64,000 bases of DNA from an uncultured Gemmatimonadales bacterium. GTDB lineage: Bacteria; Gemmatimonadota; Gemmatimonadetes; Gemmatimonadales; GWC2-71-9. A program made the translations under genes and the position numbers. Below are positions 31,292 through 42,593 of the stretch, one piece after another (position 1 is the stretch's first letter; each line of letters begins with the position of its first letter). The notes under the pieces are model-generated. The model made no database searches, was not told the origin of the DNA, and was given only the letters and a program-made list of their open reading frames with translations. The stretch lies in contig CAVOGR010000001.1 in the NCBI GenBank assembly GCA_963695555.1, forward strand, positions 576,001-640,000, read 5' to 3'.

Positions 31292-33013
31292 TTAGAATTC
31301 CATCTCACTCATGCGCTTGAGCCCGATTTTGAGGGGCACGAGGGTCGCGATGGCGCACACCGCCACTACCACGACCATCGTGAGCACGAGCTCCGGGGTC
31401 AGGCCGGGGGCCATGCCGGCTTGGCGGGCCCGAAGGTAGCCGGTGACCGGGATGGCCTCGACCACGATGACGAGCCCGAGGAGCGAGATGGTGGTCATCA
31501 TGAACACCAACCCACCGAAGCTGGTCGGGATCTGTGCCGCGTTTTCGGTCTCGAATTGGGGATAGAGGGCACCGAACCCCAGCGCAAGCGCGCTCACGGC
31601 CAGGGTGAACAGGATGATGGTGCCAATGCTCATGAACATCATGAACCCGGACGCCTGCAGCAGCGCGTTGGTGGTGATCGTCAGGATCAAGGCCAACACC
31701 AGGAGCGGGATGGTGCCGATCCAGTACTTGCTCCACATGAGGGCGCGGAGATCGAGCGGGCTCGACCGCAGCAGCCACATCTGACGGCCTTCGAGCGAGA
31801 TCGACGGGAAGATGAAGCGTGCGGCGATGGCCGCGAGCACGAAGCCCGCCAATCCCTGATTCAAAAACACGACGAGAGTCACCAGGAAGAACGGGACCTT
31901 CTCCCCGGAGAAGAGTTGGAGCGCCTGAATATTGAAGAGGTACACCACCAGCAGCACGGCGAGCAGGATGAGTTGGCTCCACTGCGTCGAGTCGCGGAAG
32001 AAGAGCCGCAGGTCCTTGAGGATGAACTCGCGCTTCGATGTCGGCAGCGCGCCGAGGATGCGGTCGGCCAGGCCTTGCCAGGCACGGCCCCGGACGAACC
32101 GGTCGGCGCCCTCCTGTGCTTTCGAGAACCCGGGCAGGTAGTACTCGTGGTGTATCAGTGCGCCAAAGACCACGGCCGCGCCCGCCGTGGTCCAGAGTAA
32201 GAGGATCGGCAGCGGGTCGGCCAGCCGGAGCAGCCAGTTCATCACCATCTGCGCCGTCCACTCGCTGGGGAAGAAGGGGTTGGTTGGGGCACGAAGCAGG
32301 GTGATGAAGTCGAGCAGGTTCCGGAACCCTTCCGGCCGGGCGATCTGCTCGGGCCGGATGACCCGGAGCAGGAGGACCACGCCGCCGGCTGCCCCGATCG
32401 CAATGAGACTCAACAGGTCACGAGTGCGGCGAGCGGGGAAGATGTTGACGAGGAACAGTGTTAGCGCAGACCCCAAGACCGCGGGGACCACGAGGAAGGG
32501 CACGACGGCCGCCATGGCCACGAACGGAAACAAGAGGCCGCCGTCGAACACGAAGCCGTAGGCCGTGAAGATGGGAATCGCAACCAGGAGTACCATCCAC
32601 GACGAATGCACCAGCGTTTCGCTCAGCTTGCTCAAGTAGAACCGGAACCCTTCCACCGGCGCGCCGACCATGAGATCGAGGTCTTTGGCCAGGAAGAACG
32701 TCGAGAGCGCCGTGATCAGGTTCGAGAGCAGGAGAATGGCCAGGAAGGCGAGCAGGATGATGCCCAGGATCTTTGCCGCGACCAGGTTGCCGATATCGGC
32801 GACGCCGCGAAAGTAGCGCAGCACCCGGAATGCAATGCCGAAGATGGCGGACCAGAAGCCGAGCCCCACCAGTGCCAGGAGGAGGATCCTGGTGCTGGTG
32901 CCCGAGTCCCGCCGCCGGATGCGCGCAAGCACGCTCCGCCATTTGGGGGTCAGGATGGTCGCGAGGCTCGGTTGCCGGGGCCGAACGTGCGTCGCCGCGA
33001 TGATGGCGCCCAC
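31292..33013 (-). CDS. Putative ABC-2 type transporter permease
   Basis: About 14 hydrophobic helices; KDLRLFFRD, SISLEGRQMWLLRSSP; adjacent to an ABC ATPase. Confidence 0.85.
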   Translation of the reverse strand: MGAIIAATHVRPRQPSLATILTPKWRSVLARIRRRDSGTSTRILLLALVGLGFWSAIFGIAFRVLRYFRGVADIGNLVAAKILGIILLAFLAILLLSNLITALSTFFLAKDLDLMVGAPVEGFRFYLSKLSETLVHSSWMVLLVAIPIFTAYGFVFDGGLLFPFVAMAAVVPFLVVPAVLGSALTLFLVNIFPARRTRDLLSLIAIGAAGGVVLLLRVIRPEQIARPEGFRNLLDFITLLRAPTNPFFPSEWTAQMVMNWLLRLADPLPILLLWTTAGAAVVFGALIHHEYYLPGFSKAQEGADRFVRGRAWQGLADRILGALPTSKREFILKDLRLFFRDSTQWSQLILLAVLLVVYLFNIQALQLFSGEKVPFFLVTLVVFLNQGLAGFVLAAIAARFIFPSISLEGRQMWLLRSSPLDLRALMWSKYWIGTIPLLVLALILTITTNALLQASGFMMFMSIGTIILFTLAVSALALGFGALYPQFETENAAQIPTSFGGLVFMMTTISLLGLVIVVEAIPVTGYLRARQAGMAPGLTPELVLTMVVVVAVCAIATLVPLKIGLKRMSEMEF

Positions 33014-33014
33014 A

Positions 33015-33773
33015 CTAATCTCCGAGGATCATGTCGAGTTCCCGCGCTGCCGCCCCGCCCGTCAGCCGGAGGAACAGGTCCTCGAGGCTGAGGTTACCCG
33101 AGGCGGTCTGAGTGCGCAGCTCGTCCATGGTGCCGGAGGCGATGATGCGTCCGGTCTGGATGATGGCGATCCGGTCGCAGACGGCCTCGGCTACCTCGAG
33201 TGTGTGAGTGCTGACCAGCACCGTGCCGCCGCGCTTCACGAACTGACGGAACAGGTCTTTGAGCAGCCGTGCGCTGCGAGGATCGAGTCCCACCATCGGC
33301 TCGTCCACCACGATGACCTCCGGGCGGTGAACCAGGGCGCTCGAGATGATCAGCTTCTGGCGCATGCCGTGACTGTACGACTCGGTCAGCTCATCCTTCC
33401 ACGGTGCCAGCTCGAACAGTTCGAGCAACTCGTCGATGCGGCGTTCGACCGCGTCCCCGTCTTGGCCGTAGAGTGCCGCGACAAACCGCAAGAACTCGCC
33501 GCCCGTCAGCTTGTCGTAGACGAACGGACGATCCGGGATGAATCCCAGCTTGGCCTTGGCCACCAGCGGCTCTTGGTGAATGTCGTGGCCCCCGATCGTG
33601 ACCGTGCCGTTGGTCGGCCGGAGGATGCCCGCGATCATGCGAAGCGTGGTCGTCTTCCCGGCGCCGTTCGGACCCACGAATCCGAAGAGGCTCCCGGCCG
33701 GCACGTGCAGGTCGATGTGATCGACCGCGGTGAAGTCGCCATACCGTTTGGTCAGGTCGTGCAGCTCAATCAT
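33015..33773 (-). CDS. ABC transporter ATP-binding protein
   Basis: GPNGAGKTT, YSHGMRQK, VVDEP, STH. Confidence 0.95.
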   Translation of the reverse strand: MIELHDLTKRYGDFTAVDHIDLHVPAGSLFGFVGPNGAGKTTTLRMIAGILRPTNGTVTIGGHDIHQEPLVAKAKLGFIPDRPFVYDKLTGGEFLRFVAALYGQDGDAVERRIDELLELFELAPWKDELTESYSHGMRQKLIISSALVHRPEVIVVDEPMVGLDPRSARLLKDLFRQFVKRGGTVLVSTHTLEVAEAVCDRIAIIQTGRIIASGTMDELRTQTASGNLSLEDLFLRLTGGAAARELDMILGD

Positions 33774-35305
33774 GAATCATCGCCCTTGGTCGCCGGTTCA
33801 GGCCGTATGCGGGCCACGAGAGGTACCAGTTCGAGCGGCCGGCTCAAACCGTCCACCACGATACGCACGTGACGCCCATCCACGGGAACCTGCCCGTAGA
33901 CCGGATCGACCGGTAGCCAGCGGTCGAGATAGACTTCGGCCCATGCATGATAATGGAAGCTCTGCCCCGCCTGGAGAAATCCCGCCACGGGACGTGCGGA
34001 AAGACCCGACGCACGCGCCAGCGCCACAAACGCGAGGACGATGTCACTCGTGCTGCCACGACGTCGATCCAGCGTCCGCCCCGCGCTCTGAGGAACTCCG
34101 TCCAGTGCCACGCGCAGATTTCCGGATACCCACGAGACCAGCGCCTCCACGATCGCGCGCGGCTCCCTGGTGCGGCGGACGATTTGGCGCGCCCGGGCTT
34201 CGACCCGCGGATCGGCGAGCGCGAGCATGGGCGCGGCCAGCCCCATCCACTGGGTCTCGTCGGCCGAGACCTCCGGCACGGTGGCGTCTACCGGATGCAG
34301 CAGAATGGTGTCGCCGCGGCGGGTCTGTGCCGCGCCATCGAGGCCCAGGCGCTTCCAGTCCGGCCCCGCCGTGTCGGCGCCGGCCAGACGCACCGCACGA
34401 TGGGTCGGCGGGCTCGGGTCCAGTGCACTTTGGGGCAGCGGCGTGCCGCGCGGAGCCATCGCGTCGGTCGCGATGGCCGCTCGCCCGCGGCCGCGGTAGT
34501 TACCCCGCACGATTTCAAACGCCGACCGTTCGACACGTACGCCCAGCGGACTCCTGGACGCGATGACGTATCCACGCTGGTCCACCCAGGCGTGCACCGG
34601 GATGCCTCGGTCCCACGTGTCCAAGCGCCAGGCGTTGAGGGTGTCCAAGTGAGCCGGCACCCATAAGCCGCTGACTGGGTCGACTTCGGCGCTATCCGGC
34701 ACGACCAGGATCGACTCCGCCGCGACGGTCAGGTGCTGGCGGTAGAGCGCCAAACGCACGGGATCGAACACGGCGACGTCCGCCTCGCGGCCCACCTCGA
34801 GCCGTCCTTGGCGCGCGATGGAGAGCGAGACGGCCTCGGGAAGCAGGATGGGACCGGGCAGGTTCAGTTGATGCTGTTCAGGTTGCGAATCCGCGGAACT
34901 CGTAAACGAGAGGAGCAGCAGGGAATCACCTTCCACCGTGCCCTCGAGTAGGTAGCCGCCCGCCTCGCCCGAAAGCCGGCTCGAGAACGACTGGAGGCGG
35001 AGATCCTCGGAGTAGTGGCCGTTGCTCGAGAAGATGGCTCGGCGAGGTCCCTCGCCGAGCGGGAGATCGAGATCTTGGCGAGCGACGATCCGGATTCCGT
35101 CCTCGACCGTGTCGGCCGTTGCCGAGGCGATGCCGATCTGCCGGTCGCGGCTCCACATGGCGTAAAAGGTGGCGCCTGGTGGCAGGGTCGCGACAAAGGT
35201 CTGCGCGGCTGACCCGGTGTTTGGGAAATACTCCCGCTGGACGAGCCAGCCGAGGGACCCCAGCCAGGCGAGGACGATGGCGGCGGCGACGATGCGGCGC
35301 TTCAG
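33770..35305 (-). CDS. Transglutaminase-like membrane/secreted protein, catalytic Cys absent; probable CTG start
   Basis: Frame is open upstream of ATG 35158 through LKRRIVAAAIVLAWLGSLGWLV; core FVALARASGLSAR, YHAWAEVY, WLPVDP; GSTSD at the usual GxC site. Confidence 0.75.
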   Translation of the reverse strand: MKRRIVAAAIVLAWLGSLGWLVQREYFPNTGSAAQTFVATLPPGATFYAMWSRDRQIGIASATADTVEDGIRIVARQDLDLPLGEGPRRAIFSSNGHYSEDLRLQSFSSRLSGEAGGYLLEGTVEGDSLLLLSFTSSADSQPEQHQLNLPGPILLPEAVSLSIARQGRLEVGREADVAVFDPVRLALYRQHLTVAAESILVVPDSAEVDPVSGLWVPAHLDTLNAWRLDTWDRGIPVHAWVDQRGYVIASRSPLGVRVERSAFEIVRGNYRGRGRAAIATDAMAPRGTPLPQSALDPSPPTHRAVRLAGADTAGPDWKRLGLDGAAQTRRGDTILLHPVDATVPEVSADETQWMGLAAPMLALADPRVEARARQIVRRTREPRAIVEALVSWVSGNLRVALDGVPQSAGRTLDRRRGSTSDIVLAFVALARASGLSARPVAGFLQAGQSFHYHAWAEVYLDRWLPVDPVYGQVPVDGRHVRIVVDGLSRPLELVPLVARIRPEPATKGDDS

Positions 35306-35799
35306 GGGACGGTCCTCAGTCCTGCTTCGATGCGGGCGCGTTCCGCTTCATCCTCGACTACGATGGTGAGCGTGGGTGGATCGGACAGGCCCGTGTACCG
35401 TGCGGTGAACGATTCAATCAGGAGCGTGCTCGCGTCCGCGGGTTCGAGCCCCGCCCCGATGCCCGGCGGACCGGCGGCCAGGGTGCGGAGCCCCCAGTCG
35501 GTGGCCCGCTGCCAGGCCGACACCAACGCGCGTTCGATCGTGGATCGGCTCGTACGATGGAGGTCGGTATGGACCACCGCATGGATGACGAACTGCGCCG
35601 CGAGATCTCCGGCCCCCGTCACAATCGCCGCGCCGATGTCGAGTGGCTCCCGCGTGGTTCGATGTCTGACGAAGTCCGGCCCGGCGGCCGCATCGAGACG
35701 ATTGGTCACCGGACCCACCGGCGCGAGTGCATCAGTGGAGAGTCTGAGTACGGCATCGACTCGGATTTGCGCGAGGTCGCCCACCACGACCTCGATCAT
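35302..35799 (-). CDS. Macro domain protein (degenerate)
   Basis: MIEVVVGDLAQ..DAV, GAAIVTGAGDLAAQFVIHAV, TLAAGPPGIG; ATGA overlap with the TPR gene. Confidence 0.8.
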   Translation of the reverse strand: MIEVVVGDLAQIRVDAVLRLSTDALAPVGPVTNRLDAAAGPDFVRHRTTREPLDIGAAIVTGAGDLAAQFVIHAVVHTDLHRTSRSTIERALVSAWQRATDWGLRTLAAGPPGIGAGLEPADASTLLIESFTARYTGLSDPPTLTIVVEDEAERARIEAGLRTVP

Positions 35800-36491
35800 T
35801 GTGACGGAGGCTCCAGCGACCGCTGATAATACGCGGACGCTTCCTCCGAGTGCCCGAACCGGTCCGCCAATCCTCCCAACAGCCGGTACGTCTCGCTGCA
35901 GGCTGGATCCATTTCCGCCGACCGCTCCAGGGCTGATTGGGCGCCGCCCAAGTCTCCGGCCTGGATCAATGATTTGCCGAGGAACAGATAGCCGCGCCCC
36001 GTCGGACGGGCAGCCGTGAGTCGCCGGAAGCAGTCGGCGGCTTCGGCCGGCCGGCCCCGCCGCCAATAGAGAAGGCCCAACTCGTCCCAGGCGTTCCAGG
36101 CATCGGGCGCGAGCCGGACGGCCCGTCGGAGGTCGGCGAGGGCCGGCTCCCATTCCTGGCGGCTCGCGAAGAGCGCGCCGCGGGCCACCAGCAACCCCAC
36201 GTCGTCGGGCCGCTCGCCCAGCGCTCGGGTCAGCTCGGCTAGGGCCGGCGACTGCTCGACCACCCGATCGTCTGCCGACAACAACTCCTGTGGGGCCGGG
36301 TCCTCACGAACGGCCGCATCGGCCACTCCGGCGGGAGCGGAGGCCCCAGGCACGCCTTGGCCGGGGGGAGCCTCTCTGCCGTCGTCGGGCGGGACGTCAC
36401 TGGGTTCAGCCGGTCCGGACCAGCGTTGGCCGGTTGAATCGTAGCTGACCTTGGCGTGTCGAGCGCGTCTGGCGCGACGGGATCGTCGCAT
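35796..36491 (-). CDS. Tetratricopeptide repeat protein (start uncertain)
   Basis: TPR-like helices ALADLRRAVRLAP, AWDELGLLY, GYLFLGKSL, TYRLLGGL. Confidence 0.75.
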   Translation of the reverse strand: MRRSRRARRARHAKVSYDSTGQRWSGPAEPSDVPPDDGREAPPGQGVPGASAPAGVADAAVREDPAPQELLSADDRVVEQSPALAELTRALGERPDDVGLLVARGALFASRQEWEPALADLRRAVRLAPDAWNAWDELGLLYWRRGRPAEAADCFRRLTAARPTGRGYLFLGKSLIQAGDLGGAQSALERSAEMDPACSETYRLLGGLADRFGHSEEASAYYQRSLEPPSQ

Positions 36492-36666
36492 TTTGCCTCC
36501 CCCACCTGCAAGCCGGTAGACCGGGATCCGTCCCGCCGGCCCGGTGCCGCGGAAAAGGCCCTGATCTTCTGTTCCCCCAACGGGATAGCCCTCGTTGCTA
36601 GACCCGGGCGTGCAAATTCCCAGCCAGAGTTGTTTCCGGGTCTGACCCCTCCTACGTTACCAGGCT

Positions 36667-39552
36667 ATGCCTCAAGAATATCTCCGGGTTCGCGGAGCGC
36701 GCGAACACAATCTCAAGAATATCTCCGTAGCCATTCCCCGGAACAGCTTGACGGTCATCACGGGCCTTTCCGGGTCGGGTAAGTCGTCCCTCGCCTTTGA
36801 TACGATCTATGCCGAGGGTCAGCGCCGGTATGTGGAATCGCTGTCGGCCTATGCCAGGCAGTTTCTCGGCCTCATGGAAAAGCCAGATGTGGATGCCATC
36901 GAAGGACTCTCGCCGGCCATCTCCATCGAGCAGAAGACGACCGGGCACAACCCGCGCTCTACGGTCGGCACTGTTACCGAGATTTACGACTATTTGCGCC
37001 TCCTGTGGGCGCGCGTCGGCATTCCGCACTGTCCCAATGACGGGAGCCCGGTCGAGCGGCAGAATGCCGCTCAGATTGCGGAGACGGTCCTCCGTTGGCC
37101 CGAGGGGACTCGGCTCGAGGTTCTGGCGCCACTGGTGCGGGGCCGCAAGGGTGAGTTCCGGGAGCTGTTCGACGATATCAGGAAGCGTGGCTTCGTGCGC
37201 GTCCAGATCGACGGGGCCACGCATGACCTTGATGCGATTCCCAAGCTCAATCGACGGCGGAACCACACCATCTCTGTTGTGGTCGACCGGGTCGTGGCCC
37301 GACCCCAGGACCGTTCGCGGATCCATGATTCGATCGAGACCGCGCTGAGCGTTGCCGGAGGGATCGTCGAGATCGTGCGGACCGGCCCGAGCGGCGGGTC
37401 AGGCAAAGCAGACGCGGAATCCATGCTGTTTTCCGAACAGTTTGCCTGTCCCGCGTGTGGCCATTCCTTGGCTGAGCTCGAGCCGCGGCTGTTCTCGTTC
37501 AATTCGCCCTACGGGGTGTGTCCGTCCTGTCACGGCCTGGGCACTCGCAAGACATTGGCGGCCGGTCTGGTGCTCGGCGATAGCAGCCTTTCCATTCTCG
37601 AGGGCGTGATTCTCCCGTGGGGGGAGCCCAGCGGCTATCTCCGCAAGGTGGTGTTGCCCACCCTGGCCCGCGCGTTTCGGTTCGATCTGGCCGCCCCATG
37701 GGCCGAGCATTCGGACGCCGCCACCGAGGCCATTCTCCATGGCGTGCCCGGACGAAAGCTCCGGTTTGCTGTCGCGAAGGGGAAGGAACGCGAGAACTAC
37801 GAAAGCGAGTGGGAGGGCGTGCTCAGCAACATCGAGCGGCGGTACCGGGAGACGACCAGCGATTCGATTCGCGCCTCGCTCGATGAGTACATGGTCGAGC
37901 AACCGTGTGCCGAGTGCGCCGGCAAGCGTCTCAAGCCCGAGAGCCTGGCCGTGTTGGTGCATGGCGTGAGCATCGGGGACGTCGTCGATCTGTCGATCGA
38001 CCGGGCGTTGGCGTTCTTCCAATCCATTCCGTTGCGGGAGAACGGACGCCCCGGGCTCGACCCTGATGTGGCAGGCCCGATCCTCAAGGAAGTGCGCGAT
38101 CGGCTGCGATTTCTGCGGAATGTGGGGCTCGATTACCTCACCCTCGGGCGGTCTGCCAGCTCCCTGTCCGGTGGTGAGGCGCAGCGCATCCGGTTGGCTA
38201 CGCAAATCGGATCCCGGCTCGTGGGCGTGCTCTACATCCTGGATGAGCCAAGCATCGGACTGCACCATCGTGACAACGCCCGGTTGCTCGAGACGCTGCG
38301 CGAGCTCCGCGATTTAGGGAACACCGTACTTGTGGTGGAACACGATGCGGAGACGATTCAGGCCGCGGACCATCTCATCGATTTGGGCCCGCGCGCCGGT
38401 CGCCACGGGGGTGAAGTGATTGCGGAGGGTGATGTCGCCCAGGTGCTGTCGCATCCTTCGTCCCTGACGGCCCGGTATCTCCGCGACGAGCTCCGGATTC
38501 CGGTGCCCCTCGAGCGGCGCCGACCCTCGTCGAGTCGGCTCCTGCGTGTGATGGGAGCGAAAGAGAACAACCTCGCCAATCTCACGGTCGACTTTCCCTT
38601 GGGCCTGTTTGTCGCGGTGACGGGCGTGTCGGGGTCGGGCAAATCGAGCCTGGTCACCGACATCCTCTATCGAGCGCTGGCACGTCACTTCTACCGGGCC
38701 AAGGTCGTGCCGGGCGACCATACGCGAATCGAGGGTCTCGAAGAACTCGACAAGGTCATCGACATCGACCAGAGCCCGATCGGCCGGACGCCGCGGTCGA
38801 ACCCCGCGACCTATACCGGTCTGTTTACCCCGATCCGCGAACTGTTCAGCTCGCTGCCGGAGGCCAAGATGCGGGGCTATGGCCCCGGCCGGTTCTCCTT
38901 CAATGTGAAGGGCGGGCGTTGCGAGGCGTGTCAGGGCGACGGCTTGGTCAAGATCGCCATGCACTTCCTGCCCGACGTGTACGTCTCGTGCGAGGTGTGC
39001 AAGGCCCGCCGCTACAATCGGGAAACATTGGAAGTGCGGTACAAAGGCCGGAGCATCGCCGATGTGCTCGATCTGACCGTGGCCGAGGCGCTGGAGTTCT
39101 TCGTCAACCAGCGGCGCATCGCCGACCGGTTGGAGGTGTTGAATGATGTCGGCTTGGGCTACATCCATCTGGGGCAGTCGGCGACGACACTTTCCGGCGG
39201 CGAGGCACAGCGAGTCAAGCTCGCCAGCGAACTGGCCAAGCGTGACACCGGGCGGACCCTGTACATCCTCGATGAACCAACCACTGGCCTGCATTTCGAA
39301 GACGTCCGGCTGTTGCTCGAGGTGCTCCACCGGTTGGTCGACAAGGGAAACAGCGTCATCGTCATCGAGCACAACATGGATGTGATCAAAACAGCCGACT
39401 GGATCATCGATTTGGGTCCCGAAGGAGGCGATGCCGGAGGTCGCGTCGTCGCGGAGGGATCGCCGGAGGCCGTGGCAGCCATCGCTCAGTCCCACACCGG
39501 GCGTTATGTGGCGCGCGCCCTGGGCTTGGAATTGCAGACCGCGGGCGCGTAG
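36667..39552 (+). CDS. uvrA: Excinuclease ABC subunit A
   Basis: [29 protein letters not shown], two LSGGEAQR motifs, Zn fingers. Confidence 0.98.
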   Translation: MPQEYLRVRGAREHNLKNISVAIPRNSLTVITGLSGSGKSSLAFDTIYAEGQRRYVESLSAYARQFLGLMEKPDVDAIEGLSPAISIEQKTTGHNPRSTVGTVTEIYDYLRLLWARVGIPHCPNDGSPVERQNAAQIAETVLRWPEGTRLEVLAPLVRGRKGEFRELFDDIRKRGFVRVQIDGATHDLDAIPKLNRRRNHTISVVVDRVVARPQDRSRIHDSIETALSVAGGIVEIVRTGPSGGSGKADAESMLFSEQFACPACGHSLAELEPRLFSFNSPYGVCPSCHGLGTRKTLAAGLVLGDSSLSILEGVILPWGEPSGYLRKVVLPTLARAFRFDLAAPWAEHSDAATEAILHGVPGRKLRFAVAKGKERENYESEWEGVLSNIERRYRETTSDSIRASLDEYMVEQPCAECAGKRLKPESLAVLVHGVSIGDVVDLSIDRALAFFQSIPLRENGRPGLDPDVAGPILKEVRDRLRFLRNVGLDYLTLGRSASSLSGGEAQRIRLATQIGSRLVGVLYILDEPSIGLHHRDNARLLETLRELRDLGNTVLVVEHDAETIQAADHLIDLGPRAGRHGGEVIAEGDVAQVLSHPSSLTARYLRDELRIPVPLERRRPSSSRLLRVMGAKENNLANLTVDFPLGLFVAVTGVSGSGKSSLVTDILYRALARHFYRAKVVPGDHTRIEGLEELDKVIDIDQSPIGRTPRSNPATYTGLFTPIRELFSSLPEAKMRGYGPGRFSFNVKGGRCEACQGDGLVKIAMHFLPDVYVSCEVCKARRYNRETLEVRYKGRSIADVLDLTVAEALEFFVNQRRIADRLEVLNDVGLGYIHLGQSATTLSGGEAQRVKLASELAKRDTGRTLYILDEPTTGLHFEDVRLLLEVLHRLVDKGNSVIVIEHNMDVIKTADWIIDLGPEGGDAGGRVVAEGSPEAVAAIAQSHTGRYVARALGLELQTAGA

Positions 39553-39615
39553 CCGATCACTCCATCTCTCTCTATGTTCCGACCATCTTCCTTACCCCAT
39601 CGTTGGCAGGTGCTC

Positions 39616-41889
39616 GTGAAAGCCCGTGTTCTCGTTCTCGCGTCGCTGGTTCTCGCCGTCTCCGCCCCTCCGGCCACCGCACAGGCGGCCGACAGCGCAT
39701 TCCTCTCGGTCGACCGCATTTTCGGCTCCCGGGAGTTTGCGCCCGAGCGCTTCGGGCCCGCGCGATGGATCATGGACGGCTCGGCGTATACCACCCTGGA
39801 GCAGCCGGCGTCGGGCGGACCGGGAAAGGACATCGTCCAGTACGACACTCGCACGGGGACCAAAACCGTGCTCGTGTCCACCGCCGGCCTCACCCCGGCA
39901 GGCGATTCGGTCCCGCTCGCGATCGACGACTATCAGTGGTCCGATGATCGCGAGCAGCTGTTGGTCTTTACCAACTCGGAGCGGGTGTGGCGTACCAATA
40001 CCCGAGGCGATTACTGGGTGCTCGAGCGGGCCAGCGGCCAACTGCGGAAGATCGGCGGCCCTGCAGCGCCATCCACGCTCATGTTCGCCAAGTTCTCTCC
40101 GGATGCCCGGCATGTGGGGTATGTGCGGGAGAACAATCTGTACGTCGAGGACCTCCGAACCGGCACTATTGCCCAGCTCACCGCGGACGGGTCGCGGACC
40201 GTGATCAATGGCACGTTCGATTGGGTGTACGAGGAGGAGTTGGGCCTTCGGGATGGCTGGCGCTGGAGCCCCGACGGGCAGTGGATCGCATACTGGCAAC
40301 TCGATGCCGAAGGAGTGCGGGACTTCAGTCTGATTAATACGACCGATTCCTTGTACGCGCAGGTCATCCCGATCCAATACCCCAAAGCGGGCGAGGTCAA
40401 CTCGGCTGGCCGGATCGGGGTCGTGCCCGCCGCGGGCGGCGAGACCCGATGGTTCGACGTGCCGGGAGATCCTCGCAACAACTACCTCGCCCGGATGGAC
40501 TGGGCCGCCAATTCCACCGAAGTGGTGATGCAGCGGCTTAACCGGCTCCAGAACACCAATGAATTGCTCTTGGGAGACGCTGCGACCGGACGCGTGTCGA
40601 CCATTCTGGCGGACCGCGACAGCTCCTGGGTCGAGACCGTCGACGACTTCCGCTGGTTGGATGACGGAAAGCGGTTCCTGTGGGTGAGCGAGCGTGATGG
40701 GTGGACTCACGTCTACGCGATCTCGCGGGATGGCTCGGGGGCCACGCTCCTGACACCGGGCGCCTTCGACGTGCTCAATGTCATCGGCGTCGATCCGGAC
40801 GAGCGGTGGCTGTATTACATCGCTTCACCCGATCATCCAGCTCAGCGATACCTCTTCAGAACCCAACTCGCCGGTTCGGGAAAGGCGGAGCGGCTATCCC
40901 CGGCCAACCAGGCAGGCAGCCACTCGTACAATGTGTCGCCGAATCGACGCTGGGCATTTCACACCTATTCCACGTTCGATACCCCACCCGTGATCTCCCT
41001 CGTGCGGTTGCCGGATCATCAAACGATGCGGCCACTCGCCGCGAGCGAAGCGCTCGCGGGCCGGGTCGCTGCGCTCGAGCGGGGTCCGCACGAGTTCTTT
41101 ACCGTCGACGTTCAAGACGGCGTGGGTCTCAATGGCTGGATCATGAAACCGCCGCGGTTCGATGCCACGCATGCCTATCCCGTCCTTTTCTATGTCTATG
41201 GCGGGCCCGGATCCCAGACCGTCCGGGATTCCTGGGGAGGCTCCCGATATCTGTGGCACCTCATGCTGACGCAGCAGGGCATCGCGGTCGCAAGCATCGA
41301 CAACCGTGGCACGGGAGCTCGGGGGCGGGACTGGCGCAAGATCGTGTATGGCCAGCTCGGTGTGGTCGAGACCCAGGACCAGGCCGCCGCCGCCCGGATC
41401 GTCGGCCGCTGGCCTTACGTCGACAGCACTCGCATGGCGATGTGGGGGTGGAGCTACGGCGGGTTCATGAGCCTCAATGCGTTGTTCCAGCATCCGGACG
41501 TGTACCACGCGGCCGTGGCGGTGGCGCCGGTGACCCACTGGAAGTTCTACGATACCATTTACACCGAGCGATACAACGGCTTGCCCCAAGACAACGCGGA
41601 CGGGTACGATCGCGGCTCGCCGCTCTCGTACGTGGACAAACTCCGCGGCAACCTCTTGCTCGTGCATGGGACGGGTGACGACAACGTCCACTTTCAGAAC
41701 TCCGAGGCGCTCATCAACGAGTTGATCGCGGCCGACAAGCAATTCTCCCTCATGATCTATCCCAACCGGACCCATGGGATCTTTGGCGGGAACAGCCAGC
41801 GGCATCTCTTTCGAGAAATCACCAGCTACCTCGAGGCGCAGTTGCGCCCCACAGGGCCGAACGGGGATGGCGCCGTCTCGCGGCGGTAA
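39616..41889 (+). CDS. S9B dipeptidyl peptidase IV family
   Basis: Signal peptide; DWVYEEE, GWSYGG, HGTGDDNVH, catalytic His in RTHG. Confidence 0.93.
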   Translation: MKARVLVLASLVLAVSAPPATAQAADSAFLSVDRIFGSREFAPERFGPARWIMDGSAYTTLEQPASGGPGKDIVQYDTRTGTKTVLVSTAGLTPAGDSVPLAIDDYQWSDDREQLLVFTNSERVWRTNTRGDYWVLERASGQLRKIGGPAAPSTLMFAKFSPDARHVGYVRENNLYVEDLRTGTIAQLTADGSRTVINGTFDWVYEEELGLRDGWRWSPDGQWIAYWQLDAEGVRDFSLINTTDSLYAQVIPIQYPKAGEVNSAGRIGVVPAAGGETRWFDVPGDPRNNYLARMDWAANSTEVVMQRLNRLQNTNELLLGDAATGRVSTILADRDSSWVETVDDFRWLDDGKRFLWVSERDGWTHVYAISRDGSGATLLTPGAFDVLNVIGVDPDERWLYYIASPDHPAQRYLFRTQLAGSGKAERLSPANQAGSHSYNVSPNRRWAFHTYSTFDTPPVISLVRLPDHQTMRPLAASEALAGRVAALERGPHEFFTVDVQDGVGLNGWIMKPPRFDATHAYPVLFYVYGGPGSQTVRDSWGGSRYLWHLMLTQQGIAVASIDNRGTGARGRDWRKIVYGQLGVVETQDQAAAARIVGRWPYVDSTRMAMWGWSYGGFMSLNALFQHPDVYHAAVAVAPVTHWKFYDTIYTERYNGLPQDNADGYDRGSPLSYVDKLRGNLLLVHGTGDDNVHFQNSEALINELIAADKQFSLMIYPNRTHGIFGGNSQRHLFREITSYLEAQLRPTGPNGDGAVSRR

Positions 41890-41989
41890 CCCTCCACCGC
41901 GACGAGGTCCGGCGGGTCCCGGGCCGGGGTCGCGCCCTCCCTCCGTGAACCGTAGATTGTGCATCGGCGCCAGTCTCGGGAGGTGACCC

Positions 41990-42205
41990 ATGACGTACCA
42001 GGAGATCGTCGCCCTCCTGGGGTATGCCGGGGGCAATGACCGGCCAGTCCGGATCATCACCACCGACCGAACCGAGATCACGGGCGTGCCGACCAGCCTC
42101 GACACCCACGTCGCGGCTCATGAGGTGTACCTGAGACCCGCGGGAATGGAGGAGACGGAGATCGCCCTGTCGCTCGGCGCGATCGCCGAGGTCGAACTGG
42201 TGTAG
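41990..42205 (+). CDS. Small hypothetical protein (71 aa)
   Basis: RBS GGAGG, plausible ORF with typical codon usage. Confidence 0.6.
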   Translation: MTYQEIVALLGYAGGNDRPVRIITTDRTEITGVPTSLDTHVAAHEVYLRPAGMEETEIALSLGAIAEVELV

Positions 42206-42337
42206 CAGACCCGCGGGGCGGTGACCAGCCTCGGCCGACGGGCGCATTTTCGGAGTGTTCCGAGTTGAAACAAATCAGGTAGGGCCTCCGTACTGGCTCT
42301 GCAGCCGGATCGAGACTTCTCGAAGAGAGGCCCAGAT

Positions 42338-42586
42338 ATGGAAGGCGTTGTCGCCATCATCTTCATCTTCGGCGGCTTGACCTTGTTTGGGTTGTCGATG
42401 AGCCCGGTCGGGCGAGCCTTGGCGGAGCGGATCCGGGGTGGGCCGATCGCCCAGCACGATCCCGAGATCCTGGCCGAGCTGGATGACATCCGGGCCGATG
42501 TGGCGGAGCTGCACGAACGGGTCGACTTTACCGAGCGCATGCTGGCACGGCAGAACGAGCCAGAGCAGCTTCCGGGAGGAGCGTGA
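42338..42586 (+). CDS. Small TM + coiled-coil protein (PspB-like architecture)
   Basis: N-terminal TM helix; ELHERVDFTERMLAR. Confidence 0.7.
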   Translation: MEGVVAIIFIFGGLTLFGLSMSPVGRALAERIRGGPIAQHDPEILAELDDIRADVAELHERVDFTERMLARQNEPEQLPGGA

Positions 42587-42593
42587 GGCTGCC

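Noticed and set aside
31292..33773. ABC transporter as CcmAB
   Set aside because: The permease is 573 aa, far larger than CcmB, on the opposite strand and in a different operon
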